DNA of 64,000 nt from Raillietiella orientalis (lineage: Eukaryota): contig JAYWIR010000007.1 of NCBI GenBank assembly GCA_036172245.1, positions 5,332,001 through 5,396,000 of the forward strand. The letters run 5' to 3'. Shown piece after piece: positions 1-11,950 of this stretch. The notes below the pieces were generated by a model that saw only the letters and a program-made list of their open reading frames with translations, made no database searches and was not told the origin of the DNA. The position numbers and the translations under genes were made by a program. Position 1 is the first letter of the stretch. The number at the start of each line of letters is the position of its first letter.

Positions 1-3000
1 AACACTGAGTTCCTTTGGTCACTAGAATAGGTTGACACCAAACACATTTATTACTAACAGCTACTGGTTCTCGCATCCCCATCAAGATCTGCAAGTACAT
101 TCTAATTTTCTCTGTTAGAACTTATAGCCTTACCTCTTTCTGGATTGAAGGTCCAGACATAATCTGATCGTCAGCACAAGAACCAATGGGAAAATCATTC
201 TTGCAGTGCACCTGTGTATCAGATTTAGTGCTTGCAGGGTCAACAGTATGAGATACAGTGATTGCTAGGATTTAAAAAAAAAAAAAAAAACCCACTCTAG
301 TTCCCAATAAGAAAATATGAACAACCTGGGGATAGAGTAGTGATGACATTTTTTTGCTCCTGAAGCATCTTCTCTGCTTGTCGCAAACAAGTTGGTGAGC
401 ACACTCCTTGTAAAGAACCATTCAATACAATCAGTTTATGCTGTGAAGAAGATAACTGATGGCAAATCGCACACTCATGGGTGCTATTGGCAGAACAGTG
501 CTGATGAGTTGTCAAACAGAACAGAGAACAGAACAGGTGTTGTTGGCCATTCGCATCAGCCTTTTCGATCATATCAAAGTTGTATTTTTTAACCTAACAC
601 ACAACTCTGACATCTAAGAAAAATTAGTTGTTGCTTACCTTGCAGTTGGCACAAGCAACAATTTTTCGATTGGCCACAATGAAGACATTGAAGCATGTAT
701 GTGAACAGAACAGCTGCCGATCTCCCGAGAAGTTAATGACCCAATTCTCTTCTTTGCTTTGAATTTTTGGATTCCAGTCAAAGTACTTTTGACACATTCC
801 ACAGCACACTAATGTACAGATCAGCACTCACTCTGAAGATTCAACTAACCTAAATCCAGCTTCTTTGCAGACATGTACGCAATAACACATGGATCACTGC
901 AGAGAGGGATTGTTGAAGAATTAGATTTCAAAATTCCTGTTTGAATTTCTTTTTCTTCTCCACATACAACACAGGAGTCAACTTGCAACTGGCCAGAACC
1001 TGCACAAATCCGTTCATATGCATCAACACATTCCTGATTGCAAAAATCCTATGAAACAAATGTTGGAACATGCTCCACAAGTTATACATATAACCATGCC
1101 TTTAATTGTCCAGAACTCAGTTGTGCAAAAAGACCAGGTCCTTGGATGTTGTTCTGGCAAAAATGGCATGCATGCTTCTCTTTTTTGTACGCTTCCAAGC
1201 AACGATGACTGCAAAATTGCTTGATAAAACAGCCAAAACGGACACACAATTTGCCTAGTGAACTGGGCTGGCAAGTTCCATCACAATAGGTGCAAAAAGA
1301 ACCAATTTGCTGCTGCCGTTTGCCTGTTGACAGAAATTTAGTTTTTTTCATTTGCATTGCTGGATACAATAAAGTATGCAACATAAAAACGTGTATTTCA
1401 ATAATTTGCATGTTACATGATGTACATGAGGTTTATCTCCTACAAAAGCTTTTCAAAGACAGGCTAATATTATTTATTCAAGCAAGCAGAAACTGCACAA
1501 TGATCCAAGGATTCAATACTGATTTGCATAAACCATAGCTTCACTGCCAAGAGTTATCATTTCCTTAATAATTCAAGGTCATCTTGAGAGATAATTTATA
1601 CCATGAATAAGCTGTGCATCTTGTGTTCGTTTCATTGCACTACAAGTGCAAAGAATAGCTATTACACAACATATGCACTTGACATGCACATCATAAACAA
1701 AAAGAAATTTCAAATTTCCTCAAAGACCACCACTTTTGTATACTTATTAGGTAATACAACACAGATATTAAATTTTCTTCACTTGTTTCTGCCATTTTTT
1801 TAAAATATAAATTCCTTTCGTTTCTAATTATCTTTTCTTTCCTGGTACTGACTTATCTGCGGTTTTGGCAGAACCAACAGCTAGTGATCAGGAAGATGAG
1901 AACTGTAAAGTCAATTTAGTTTTAGATAAGCTAAATTGATTTCTGAAGAGATAATTATCATCACATACTTTTTGTCCAGAAGCTTTCTACCATATTTGCA
2001 AGCGAAAGCTAAAATATAATCACTTTGAGTACCATTTTGAATTGTGTCTTCTATTACAAAAATATTAGACATGTATTACTAAAACAAAGTTTGAAAATGA
2101 AATCCACATTGCCATCATCAATACTGCAATTTACAAAAGTATTGTATATTTAAAGAAAATACATTAAATATTATTGCACACCTTATGAAAGTGTTTAAAA
2201 TAATTTCTTAACAAAGCTCAATCTCATATTTAATTCACTATTATGAAGTATCTGCCCAAGGAACTGTTGCACACATCCACATATCATCCTAAATAACTTT
2301 TAGTGATAGACGCTTTTTTCATAATAAAGAAAAAAAAAAGAAAAAGAATTCAAACTACCATGATTCTGATGGAAAATCAAATGAGGTTCCATACAAAAAT
2401 TAAAAAAAAAATTTACCAAGGCAACTTTCGCCACAAAATTCCATGGTTTGCCAAGTTAAACACTGTTCTCGGTTTTGAATCACTGTAGAACACTGAGAAC
2501 ATTGCCTGTAATCATCAAGGACTGGTGAAGTTTTTTGTGCATCAGTGGTAATACTTTCTGGTATTTTAATGTTATTTCAAATTGGAATCAAAGCACTTAC
2601 GAATTACAGTGTTGGGTAATGAGTTGGCAGATTTGTTTGGAAATGAATCTGAGCATTCATCCTTACATATTTTTTCTACTACATTATTTTGTTGCATTTG
2701 TGCTCCAGGTGAGGGAATCTAAAATCCCATAATTTCTAATTATTTCAAATGTGAGCTACATGTCATCAATTACCTTTTCACACCGAATATAAAACTCTTC
2801 TGAATCAGGATGTTTTGATGTAAGAGTGCTATAATTTTCCAATTTTTTGTCCTCATGACTTGAATTTTCAGCACTGTCAGAATCAACAAAGCTTGTTGAT
2901 TTGTGATCACCAAGACCATGATCAGAAAACTTCTGCAATAATTTGTTCATTACTGTGTTACAAGCTTTGTCCACTCAAATTAACCTCTTCAACAATGCCA

Positions 3001-5905
3001 GATGCCTGAAACACTTTTCTAACTTCTGGCTGCAATGAATGTTTTGTTCCAATTTCAATAATGTCAACATCAGCCTCATGTGGAGGTGAGGATACCACAA
3101 CATCACTGCATGTTACATTTTCCTGAACTTTGAGAACACAACAGTTCACACAGAAAAGACGAAAATAACATTTTCAAACAACAAAAATCTGATTTTGGAT
3201 ATGCATTTCAAACATTTCAACATCTAGAACTGAATGGCCTCATTTTCACAGATTTATTTCCTATATGCAATTTATGATTTATGGAAGACTGCCTTGTGAA
3301 CTGCTCCATTTTACACACAATTATGATGTGAAAATTTTAAGCAATACTTGAACAAACAAGAATAGCAACAATTACCATTGTATAGATATGTGAATTCTCC
3401 ATTTTCAAAAATTCAATAGAAATTCAATTTGGGAAATAACTCTCTCTTTCTCAAACTCTCCTAATTCATGAAATCTTCCATGAAAATAGAAACCAGCTTT
3501 TTTCTATTTGAAAAAAAAAAAAAGAAAGGAAGAAAAATGCTTTTCGTATGCTGGTGTAGTGAAATGGAAGACTAAAGAAATAGGAACACATAACTACTGC
3601 AAGGCTCAGAAGTGAAAATGCCTCAAGAAACAATTAAATTTTCAATTGCTATTTTCCTAATTTGAAACAATTGAATCAAATCATTTCCATAATTTATCAG
3701 ATAAGAAAAAAAAAAAGTCCATGTCAAAAAAAAAATCTTTGGATAATTATTAAAGGTTTTTCATTTTCAAACAAAAAAAAAACGTTTATAAAAACAACTT
3801 AGACTTACACAAAACTCAGCAAACTTTATGATTGCATATAAAATTACAGAAAATTTTCATGGAACAAATAATCCTCCACACTGTCACCAATTAGATATAC
3901 GCAATAGAATCTGAATACTGACAAACTGCATAAAAAATGGATAACAAAGAAAGTTATGTAAGCATATGAAAGCTGTTAAAGAAAATTATGTGGGATGGCA
4001 ATTTCTGAACGCGTTTTTGGAAAATCAAGGTTCCCTTTGGGAGCCTATAAATCATCTTGATTGAAGTGACGCTAAAAATGTGAAAGGAATACTTGTGGAA
4101 CATGAACCCGAATGTTTACCGACAATGACTTATCACAGGTAAAAAAAGGGGGAAACATCAAAGATGCCAGTTGATTCTTTGATTTCATGAAAATACTCAA
4201 TTACAAAATTCTGAACCACGTAGAAAACCGTCTTGAAGGTTTAATTTATAAAATAGTACAATACAAAGGCAATCTTACTGAGAAACTCGGCTTTTAACAG
4301 TTTCCAGTTGAGAACAAAATAAGCTTCTTCAAAAACTATTTCAAAACTTACCAGATGTTGTTGTACACGTATTATTATGCACTACATCCTTCGAAGCGCA
4401 GTTTTTACCATCACTTGAAGCATTTTGCAATCCTATAATGGGCTCACTAACAGAACACGATATCATTTCTGCTATGGTACAAGAATTCTCATTACATTGG
4501 TCTTTGCCAATTTCACAGAGGTCTCCAAGTCCTGAGATGTTCGAACTGTTTTGTGAAAAACTTGGGTCACTGCTTTCAGAACAGTTTTCATTTTTCTCTT
4601 TTGATGGGATAAGGTCACTGTCACAGTCATTTAAAGTCACAGCTGGAGAAACAAAGTCTTTTACTGTTGAAAAATCTACAAATTCTGAAAGTCTTTTTTG
4701 TTTCAATGCTTTCGGAGCGGATGCTTTCTGTTGCTCCGGATTTTTGGTTATCAGCAACTGTTTACCTTCATCAGCACTTACTGATGATAAGTTTTTACCT
4801 TTTGATGAATCATAATTTTTACAGCACACTCCTAATGAATTGTCCTTAGTAATAAATGGATCTGTTATCTGCATTTCTCCATTGCTGCTCGCCAGTTCTC
4901 CTGCATGTTCTTTGGGAATTTCTTGACTAGAATACTCTAGACCACTTTTCGGCATAAGATCATTTTTATTAGTGTTTGCACTGTCCCCGACAATGCTGTT
5001 CTGCGTACAGTTCTCAAACTCATCATTTCGGGCACTTGAAAATTGTTTAGTCAAATTTATAGCTGATGATGGTCTCATACATTCCAATGGGGCTGCAGTC
5101 AAATCAAAGTCATTAACCTTCTGTACACAATTTATGCCTTGCTTTAGAAGAGTATGAACTTCTGTATCAATTCCACTGTTTCTTATTTTCGAATCACATA
5201 CTTTCTTTTGATTTTCAATGTGTTCATCCAATGTATCATCTATTATCACCACATCCTTAATACTCATAATGGCTAACTTCAGCACTTCACTATAATTTTC
5301 TGTATTTTCTGTCAAATCATTTTCTAGCCATAAAGTGTTTTAATAGATAGGAAGGATAGGGTTACTGCATTATTGCAGTATTTTTCTACAATAATTCAAA
5401 CTTATTAAGTCCATACAATGCAACACATAACAGTAACGTGTGGGTTACCAAATATGAAAATAATTAAATAACAAATTCTGACAAAACTCAGTCGTTACTA
5501 ACAGTCGAAGCTAAGGAATTTGTAGAAATATTATAAATATTGTATAATGTATTTTGTACAGTCAGTATACTATTTTTTAGATAATTGCAATTTCAGAGCA
5601 AAAAATTATAAACAACTGACTTAGTAACACCGATATGAGTCAACAAATAAACAAAATATTTTCTTCAATATAACGTTTATTAAAGGAGAAAGTCTTTGAA
5701 GTATCTTAACATAATGTGAGAATAATATAATCAATGTATAGCTTCCTATAGTTTCTTTAATTTTAAATGGTCTTTCGGAAATAGGGAATCCTAGTAAGAA
5801 CACATGAAAGATGTCAGATCTAAATATTGAGCACACTGTGTGAAAGTTTGCTGAAATCTAATAAAAAATACCTTTCGAAGATACATCACTACATAAACTT
5901 TGCAT
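1..5905 (-). CDS. Woc/ZMYM2-3-4-like MYM (TRASH/FCS) zinc-finger protein, multi-exon; 3' part continues beyond position 1
   Basis: Spliced exons in ~300-1390 give tandem CxxC...FCSxxC fingers (FCTYC...QFCSHRC, CHFC...KDFCNQEC, CVVC...LCSDPC, CGMC...LFCSHTC, CANCKVKKYNFDMIE...LFCSLFC, CAIC...VCSPTC). CKVKKYNFDM resembles Drosophila Woc as I recall it. Introns resolved: 594-638, 809-849, 1049-1099. There is a large Ser/Asn/acidic exon at ~4350-5323. A putative first exon 5905-5872 (MQSLCSDVSSK) joins it in matching phase, but the start is uncertain. Confidence 0.85.
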
Positions 5906-7515
5906 AAAATAGAAAATAATTAGCTGAATGGTCTTACTTTCGATATGATTGCATATCCTTTGCAGCAGCTAGCTTCATTTTTTTTAGGTTCAAGCTCTTC
6001 GTTTCTTTTATATCTCTTAATTTACTCACATTCATCAATGGAAAATGCTTAAGGGATCAATCTATTCAATTACGCAATGTATCGTTTCTATAAACATAAG
6101 TGTAAGCAGACCAGTGTTTATGTATAGTTTGTAATTATCATGGCTGCATATTTTTCTTATACATATAGCAGTGAGTATGTCAAAGTGAACTTGTATAAAA
6201 CATTCTGTCCTTCTCGGCGTGTCTTAAAACTACTAATTACTACCTATTTTCTTTTTTTGTTTATTGGTTCATATTTTGGATGCAGTTATCATATTTGGCT
6301 CAGATTTTTCTGTGCTGACTTTTGACAGAAAAAATACTAATTTCGATTCACAATTATGAATCATCTTTTTTTGAATTCTTTGATTTTTTTTGAATTTTTT
6401 CATCATAACAGATTCTCCAATGGATTGCTACTGTGGTGCATTTTCGAGATGTGAATGCAAGTCAAAGGAAATCTTATTAGCGTTTTTTTATATCTGAAAC
6501 ACAGACATTATATTGGAAGTCTGTAATTAGTTTTCGCTTGTTTAAATAAAAGTTAATTATAAAATGTGTAAATGAGCACGTGCCATCTGAATTTTACGAC
6601 GTCTATCTTTTGGACTTTGTAGCTCAGTCTTTTCCAGAAATGTCCAGTCACATTTAATATATTTCTGGTTCTATTGATGAAAGCAGAATCCGATTTCTAC
6701 ATAGGACATTACTGAATTTGGAATTAAATTTCCTTAAAAGTTTTCCTCTTAAAATAAGCGTGTACTTAACACTTCAAATTGTGCATGTATGCGGTTCTTA
6801 ATTCCAAAGCATGCCCATATCATCTTAGCTTAAACCATTTTGACAAAAAACAGCAGTTATTTTTGTTATATTACGAACTAATGTAATCGTTTTCATAATA
6901 TACTTCAAGTGTCAAATAAAAAATAAACGATGACAAAAAAAAATGAGTAATTTTTAAAGGTGAAGAGGAATTGAAAGCTACACTTGGTGTCTTCGAACCA
7001 CTTACAGTACTTTTGCTTGCATGCAAAAATGAATGGATGAAAAATCGAAAAATTATAATTATAAACGATAAGGCCACCAAGAAAGTTGGATCACAAAACA
7101 TTTTAAGATTTTTAATCTGAAGTGCTACTGGCATTTTGATGTGACACTGTATTTGGCAACTTCGTAACAGCTGGGAACCTTAAAAAACCTTTGGCGCAAA
7201 CATGTATTCACACCAGGAAGATACCTAGGAGATTAAACAGTCTTACATTTCACTACAAGTAGATCCATAATTATGCCGCTTATTTGTTAGCACGCTTTTC
7301 GTATGAAACGCAAATATACAACTAAGCCGTGTAGTGTGCATTGAGTTGAATGCTGCAACGTTCATGGAAAAAAAATAGTTTATTTTGATCATTCTTGAGT
7401 TTAACCGAGTTGCATGCCCATTAAACTTTCATATAGCTGCTTATAATTTGAGTAGCCAATTCAATTTGTAATGTCGAAATTAGTTCCTTGAGAAACTTTA
7501 CGTTGTTTACTGGCA
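5906..7515. promoter_or_regulatory. Putative bidirectional promoter / 5'UTR region between divergent genes
   Basis: About 1.6 kb of AT-rich sequence between two head-to-head start codons. CG dinucleotides are visibly more frequent here than in the flanking gene bodies. Confidence 0.5.
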
Positions 7516-10109
7516 ATGGCTTTACAAAATTTCACATATGGAGATATTATCCATCTAAATGTCGGTGGAACAAGGTATAAATATGCAAAATAATAGACAA
7601 GATTAGTAAATGTAGCTTCAGATTTTCTACATCAAAGCAAACTCTAACGTGGATACCAGATTCATTTTTTACAACCTTGATCAATGGTCAGATACCTACA
7701 TCCAAAGATGATACTGGAGCAATATTTATAGATAGAGACCCCTTCCTCTTTAGTGTGATTTTGAACTATCTTCGTAGCAAAAGAATCTCTCTGAAAAATG
7801 TTGATATTTCAAGTCTTTTTCACGAAGCAGAATTCTATGGTATCACACCATTGTTGAAACAGCTGTTACTTTGTGAAGAAGTTGCTCATTCTTCATGTGG
7901 GGATGTTTTATTTTACAATTACTTAGCTTCATCGGGTATGCACCAAAAGTGTATGAATATGTGTTTTATGTGTTATACTATGCTGCAGAAACTCAAAAAG
8001 AGAAGTCTAGAGTTTTAGAGTTTATGTTTATAATTCCTAAATGTTGACCTTTGATGTTGATATGTACAAGCATGCCTTCAGTTTGGGATGTCATTAAATT
8101 CTTTAGACATTTTTCTTGAATGATTTTAGAGGATTTCAGTTCTGATTTAAATTTATAGAAGACAAATCTATTAACTTAGATTTGACAAATTCAGAGTTAG
8201 CAACAAAAATTGAAATAGTTCAATAGCCTTTTTTGTTTTCAATGTGTACCTTTTTCACTTTTAATTGTTCATTTTACTATTGAATGTTGAAAAAAGTTGC
8301 CTGCATCATTTATTTTATTCATCCTTTTGTTTTTTTTTTAGATTGTCAAGACACAAATGTTCAAGCAATCAGAGGTCATCATGATTGGATTGCAGTTGCT
8401 TACTTGTATTCAGTAACGTGCTACAGGTTAATTGGTTTCCAGAGTAAAAGAATTCACTCTTCACAAATTTTCATAAATTTGCTGATTGCTTTGTCCATTC
8501 TCGGATGCAGCTACTAAATGAAATTAATGGATCTTAACAAGTGTTTCTTGCAGGATGAAGAACTCTGAAGGTTGCTATTTATGCTTCCGCAGCCCTAAGT
8601 TGGAAGCCAGCATCGAACAAATAGCTTTAAAGGCTAGTCATCATGGCACAGATGCCTGCTTTCTAGGCATTGCTACAGCAGATCATTATATTCGCTTTTG
8701 GGTTGTTTACAAGGATCACAATCATTATGAAATTGGTAACATGTGAAACAAACAAACATTCTATTGATTGTATTTGAAAGGTATTTTTAGTCTAGGTATA
8801 TCAACAGATCATGTGTTCTTCATTAATAACCAGTTGGTATGTTTATCTCATAAGGGCAAAGTGGGTATTTGGCATGCTAATTCACGACACTGGCAACTAC
8901 AAGATGTGAACCCCATTTCCAGTTATGATGCAGCAGGATCAATTCTTCTCTTAGGTTGCAGCAACGGTTCCATTTACCACATTGGTAGGAATGAAAAGTA
9001 AATGTGTTTTTAGTTTTTTTCAGATATGGAAAAGTTTCCTGTTCGTATGAAAGATAATGACCTTCTTGTTTCTGAGCTTTATACAGATCCTCTTGCAGAT
9101 GACATAACAGCAATTAGTGTGTATTTGGCACCACACACAAGTAAGAAGGAAGAAGCAAGGAACAGTAAGATGATGAATAGTTTAGGCATGCAATTGAATC
9201 GGATCGAGATTGCATATGGCACAAGATCTGGAACAGTGAGAGTGATTGTTCAGCATCCAGAATCTGTTGGCTATGGTCCCCAGCTGTTTGAGACATTTAC
9301 TGTGCATCGCCATGCAGTGATTAAAGTATGTTTCATAACTATATGTAACGTATTCAATTGTTTCTTAGATACAATTGTCAGAAAAATATCTAATCAGTGT
9401 TTGCAGTGAGTCTAATCATATACGTAGCTGGATGGTCACACGTTTTAGAGGAATGTTATCTACTCAACCTGGATCATTACCTGTAGCATCATATAAAATT
9501 GCTACACTGGATGTGTTCCATTCTCATTCCTCCACAAATAGCTGTGGTCAGGACTATTTCCTATGATATTACTAAATATACATTGTTTTTTTTTTTTTTT
9601 CTCCCCAGGGCCATACGGAAAGCAAGATGAAGAACAAGTTTTCATTCAGAAAGTAACTCCATACGCAAGTCAGTTATTAGTTCGTGCAGCTTCCACTGGG
9701 AAAAGGCAAACTCTACAATAGCATTTTAATCAAATATTCAGTCTACCCTACTTTTTTTTTTTTCAGAATATGCACAATCAAGTCTGTAGATGGCACTTCT
9801 ATTAGGTCATTCTGTTTGCATGAATGTGAAGCTTCTAGCAGAATGGCATGCTGTTCTCATCGTTTTTTGTTAACAGGCCATAGCAATGGATCAGTTCAAA
9901 TTTGGGATCTCACTAAAGCTTTAGACATTTACTATAAAAGTTCGAATCAAAAAGGTTTTTTTTTTTTTTTTAAACAATTGTCAAGATATTAATTGCATTT
10001 TAATGCAGAGGTATTGACAGATGCAGGACCAAGTAATGAGGAACTGTTCAAATTCATGGAACATTATGATCATGACAATTCATGTAATTCCAGTCCCATT
10101 AAGCATTAA
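7516..10109 (+). CDS. KCTD3: BTB/POZ (T1-type) + WD40-like protein of the KCTD3/SHKBP1 family, ~11 exons
   Basis: ATG 7516: [36 protein letters not shown]...GAIFIDRDP...ILNYLR...[11 protein letters not shown] (BTB domain). Later family motifs: [99 protein letters not shown]. Stop TAA at 10107-10109. Intron phases are consistent (e.g. 7575-7621, 7936-8341, 9706-9766, 9955-10008). Confidence 0.93.
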
Positions 10110-10151
10110 TGAACATATTCACAACAAAGGCCAACAGAGGCAAGAAATTGC

Positions 10152-10157
10152 AATAAA
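10152..10157 (+). terminator. Candidate polyadenylation signal AATAAA of the KCTD3-like gene
   Basis: Canonical hexamer about 40 nt after the stop codon. Confidence 0.45.
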
Positions 10158-11289
10158 AAATGACTAACATGTTAACTTGAGAATTATTTTTGTGTACTTA
10201 TTGAGGCATCATATTATAAAACCATTGGAGTTCCCTGGTACATATTTCTTGAACATTTATAAAAGAAAATTCACCAAAAATGATTTCATAAGCATTCTTT
10301 CTGTAATGGAAAAGTAATACAGCCTAGATTTCGCATTCATCAGGGTTGGGGTCACTGAATTTATGAGAAAGAGGAAGTGGAGATTCTGAGAAAAAAATTT
10401 ATCTCAGGATTGTAGAAGTGTTTACTCATGTATATAACCACAAACTATGTCGATAGCATCAAAATTCGGTAATTTGTATTTCACATTTTCATTTATTCAA
10501 CATTGAATTCTTCCTTATGGAATTGCCTAATGGCCTGATTTACCTGTTCTTAAAAAAGCTCTGTACCTTGGTTTCGCATGAATTTCTTTCTGAAAATTCC
10601 TTTTCTTAAAGACATAATTCGAAACATAATGGTTTTCTGTATTAATAAATCCAAAAAAAAAAAGGATTCTAGAACTCCGGTGTGAGCTTGTTTAATACGT
10701 CAATTACCATACTTTTGTGAAATCTTAAGCTATAATAAAAAGAGAAATACATGGACTGCCTTTTTACAAAACTGTTTCATTGCTGCAATGAATGTCATTC
10801 AATGAAGGCTGCGAACTATTTTATGGAAATAATCTGCACATTACTTAATCAGGAAATACTTTCAACTGACTACACATGCAATTAGGTACGATGCACTAAA
10901 ACGAAAAAACTAGATTGGTTTTCTTTTCAGGACAAAACAAATTTAGCTGCTTTTAATTTCATTTTCCATGAGTCAAGTGTTTTAGCACGGGTAAAGAATA
11001 CATCTTTTTATCAATTTGAAATGCTAATTAGGGAACGAATCTAATTTCAAATGGGCTAAACTCCTTACTCCGATGCTTATGCATCAGAGGATTCAGACCA
11101 CAGACTTACTTTTCAGAAAAAGAATTTCGAGGCAGCAAAATAGCACAAATGTGATAGAATACTAATGTTTCCTAGAACATGCACCACCACTGCTTCATTG
11201 CCTTTGAGACCACCAATTTCTACTCCACACAAGATACCTTGTCTTTACGTTCACAAACCCAACAGCACCACTAGTAATTCGACCAAACC

Positions 11290-11950
11290 ACCACCGAGAG
11301 GCTTCGACTTCCCGATGAGGCAGTCTGGCCTCGCTCCTGGAAGCCCATCCTGGGATCTACTGCTGCCCAACGAACTTCAACGCCTGGATGCAGGAGGCGC
11401 TATCGTTTGGAGCACCAGGAAGTGTAGCTAATCGAACTTCGTTGCGGGCACCTATCCCCACTGGGTCCAGTGGAGGATGCGTTTTAGGACCAGGGCAAGT
11501 CCGCCACGGCCTGGCCGCCACGCCCCTGGCCGGAGCCCAAAGGGCAGGGGGGCACCGCAATCGACATCATGCACAACTTCTTCACTCGTGGTAGCCTCTC
11601 TTTAGGTTCGGTCGTCGTAACCATCTGTTGCATCCGGGCCACCCTCACGGCCCACAGGCAGTTGGAGTCGCGGGCGGTTCCTCAAGAGGTCACCAGAATA
11701 GCCGACGTCGACATGTGGACAGCTGACGGAAGAAGTGAGGAAGGGGATCTCCGGCATCGAACGCCGCTTCTGAAAGGAGGAACGGCCGAAGCCAAAGTCC
11801 CCTGTTCCTTACCCTTCTATATTCATATTTTCCATTTTTTATGTATCTATGTGTGGTCCCCTCCCTTCCGTTCCGGATTTTCGGTGTGCCCGACCTGCGT
11901 GTCGGGGAGCCCACTTCATCGAACTTCTTTTCCCTTTGACCCTTGTTTTC
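11290..11950 (+). mobile_element. 5'-truncated L1/Tx1-type LINE fragment (ORF2 C-terminus + 3'UTR), internally deleted
   Basis: Aligns by eye with 28,770-29,030, 33,590-34,125, 63,490-63,740 and, inverted, 52,140-52,490 (e.g. NFNAWMQEALSF vs NFSAWRQEALSF; VTICCIRATLTAHRQL). Confidence 0.8.
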
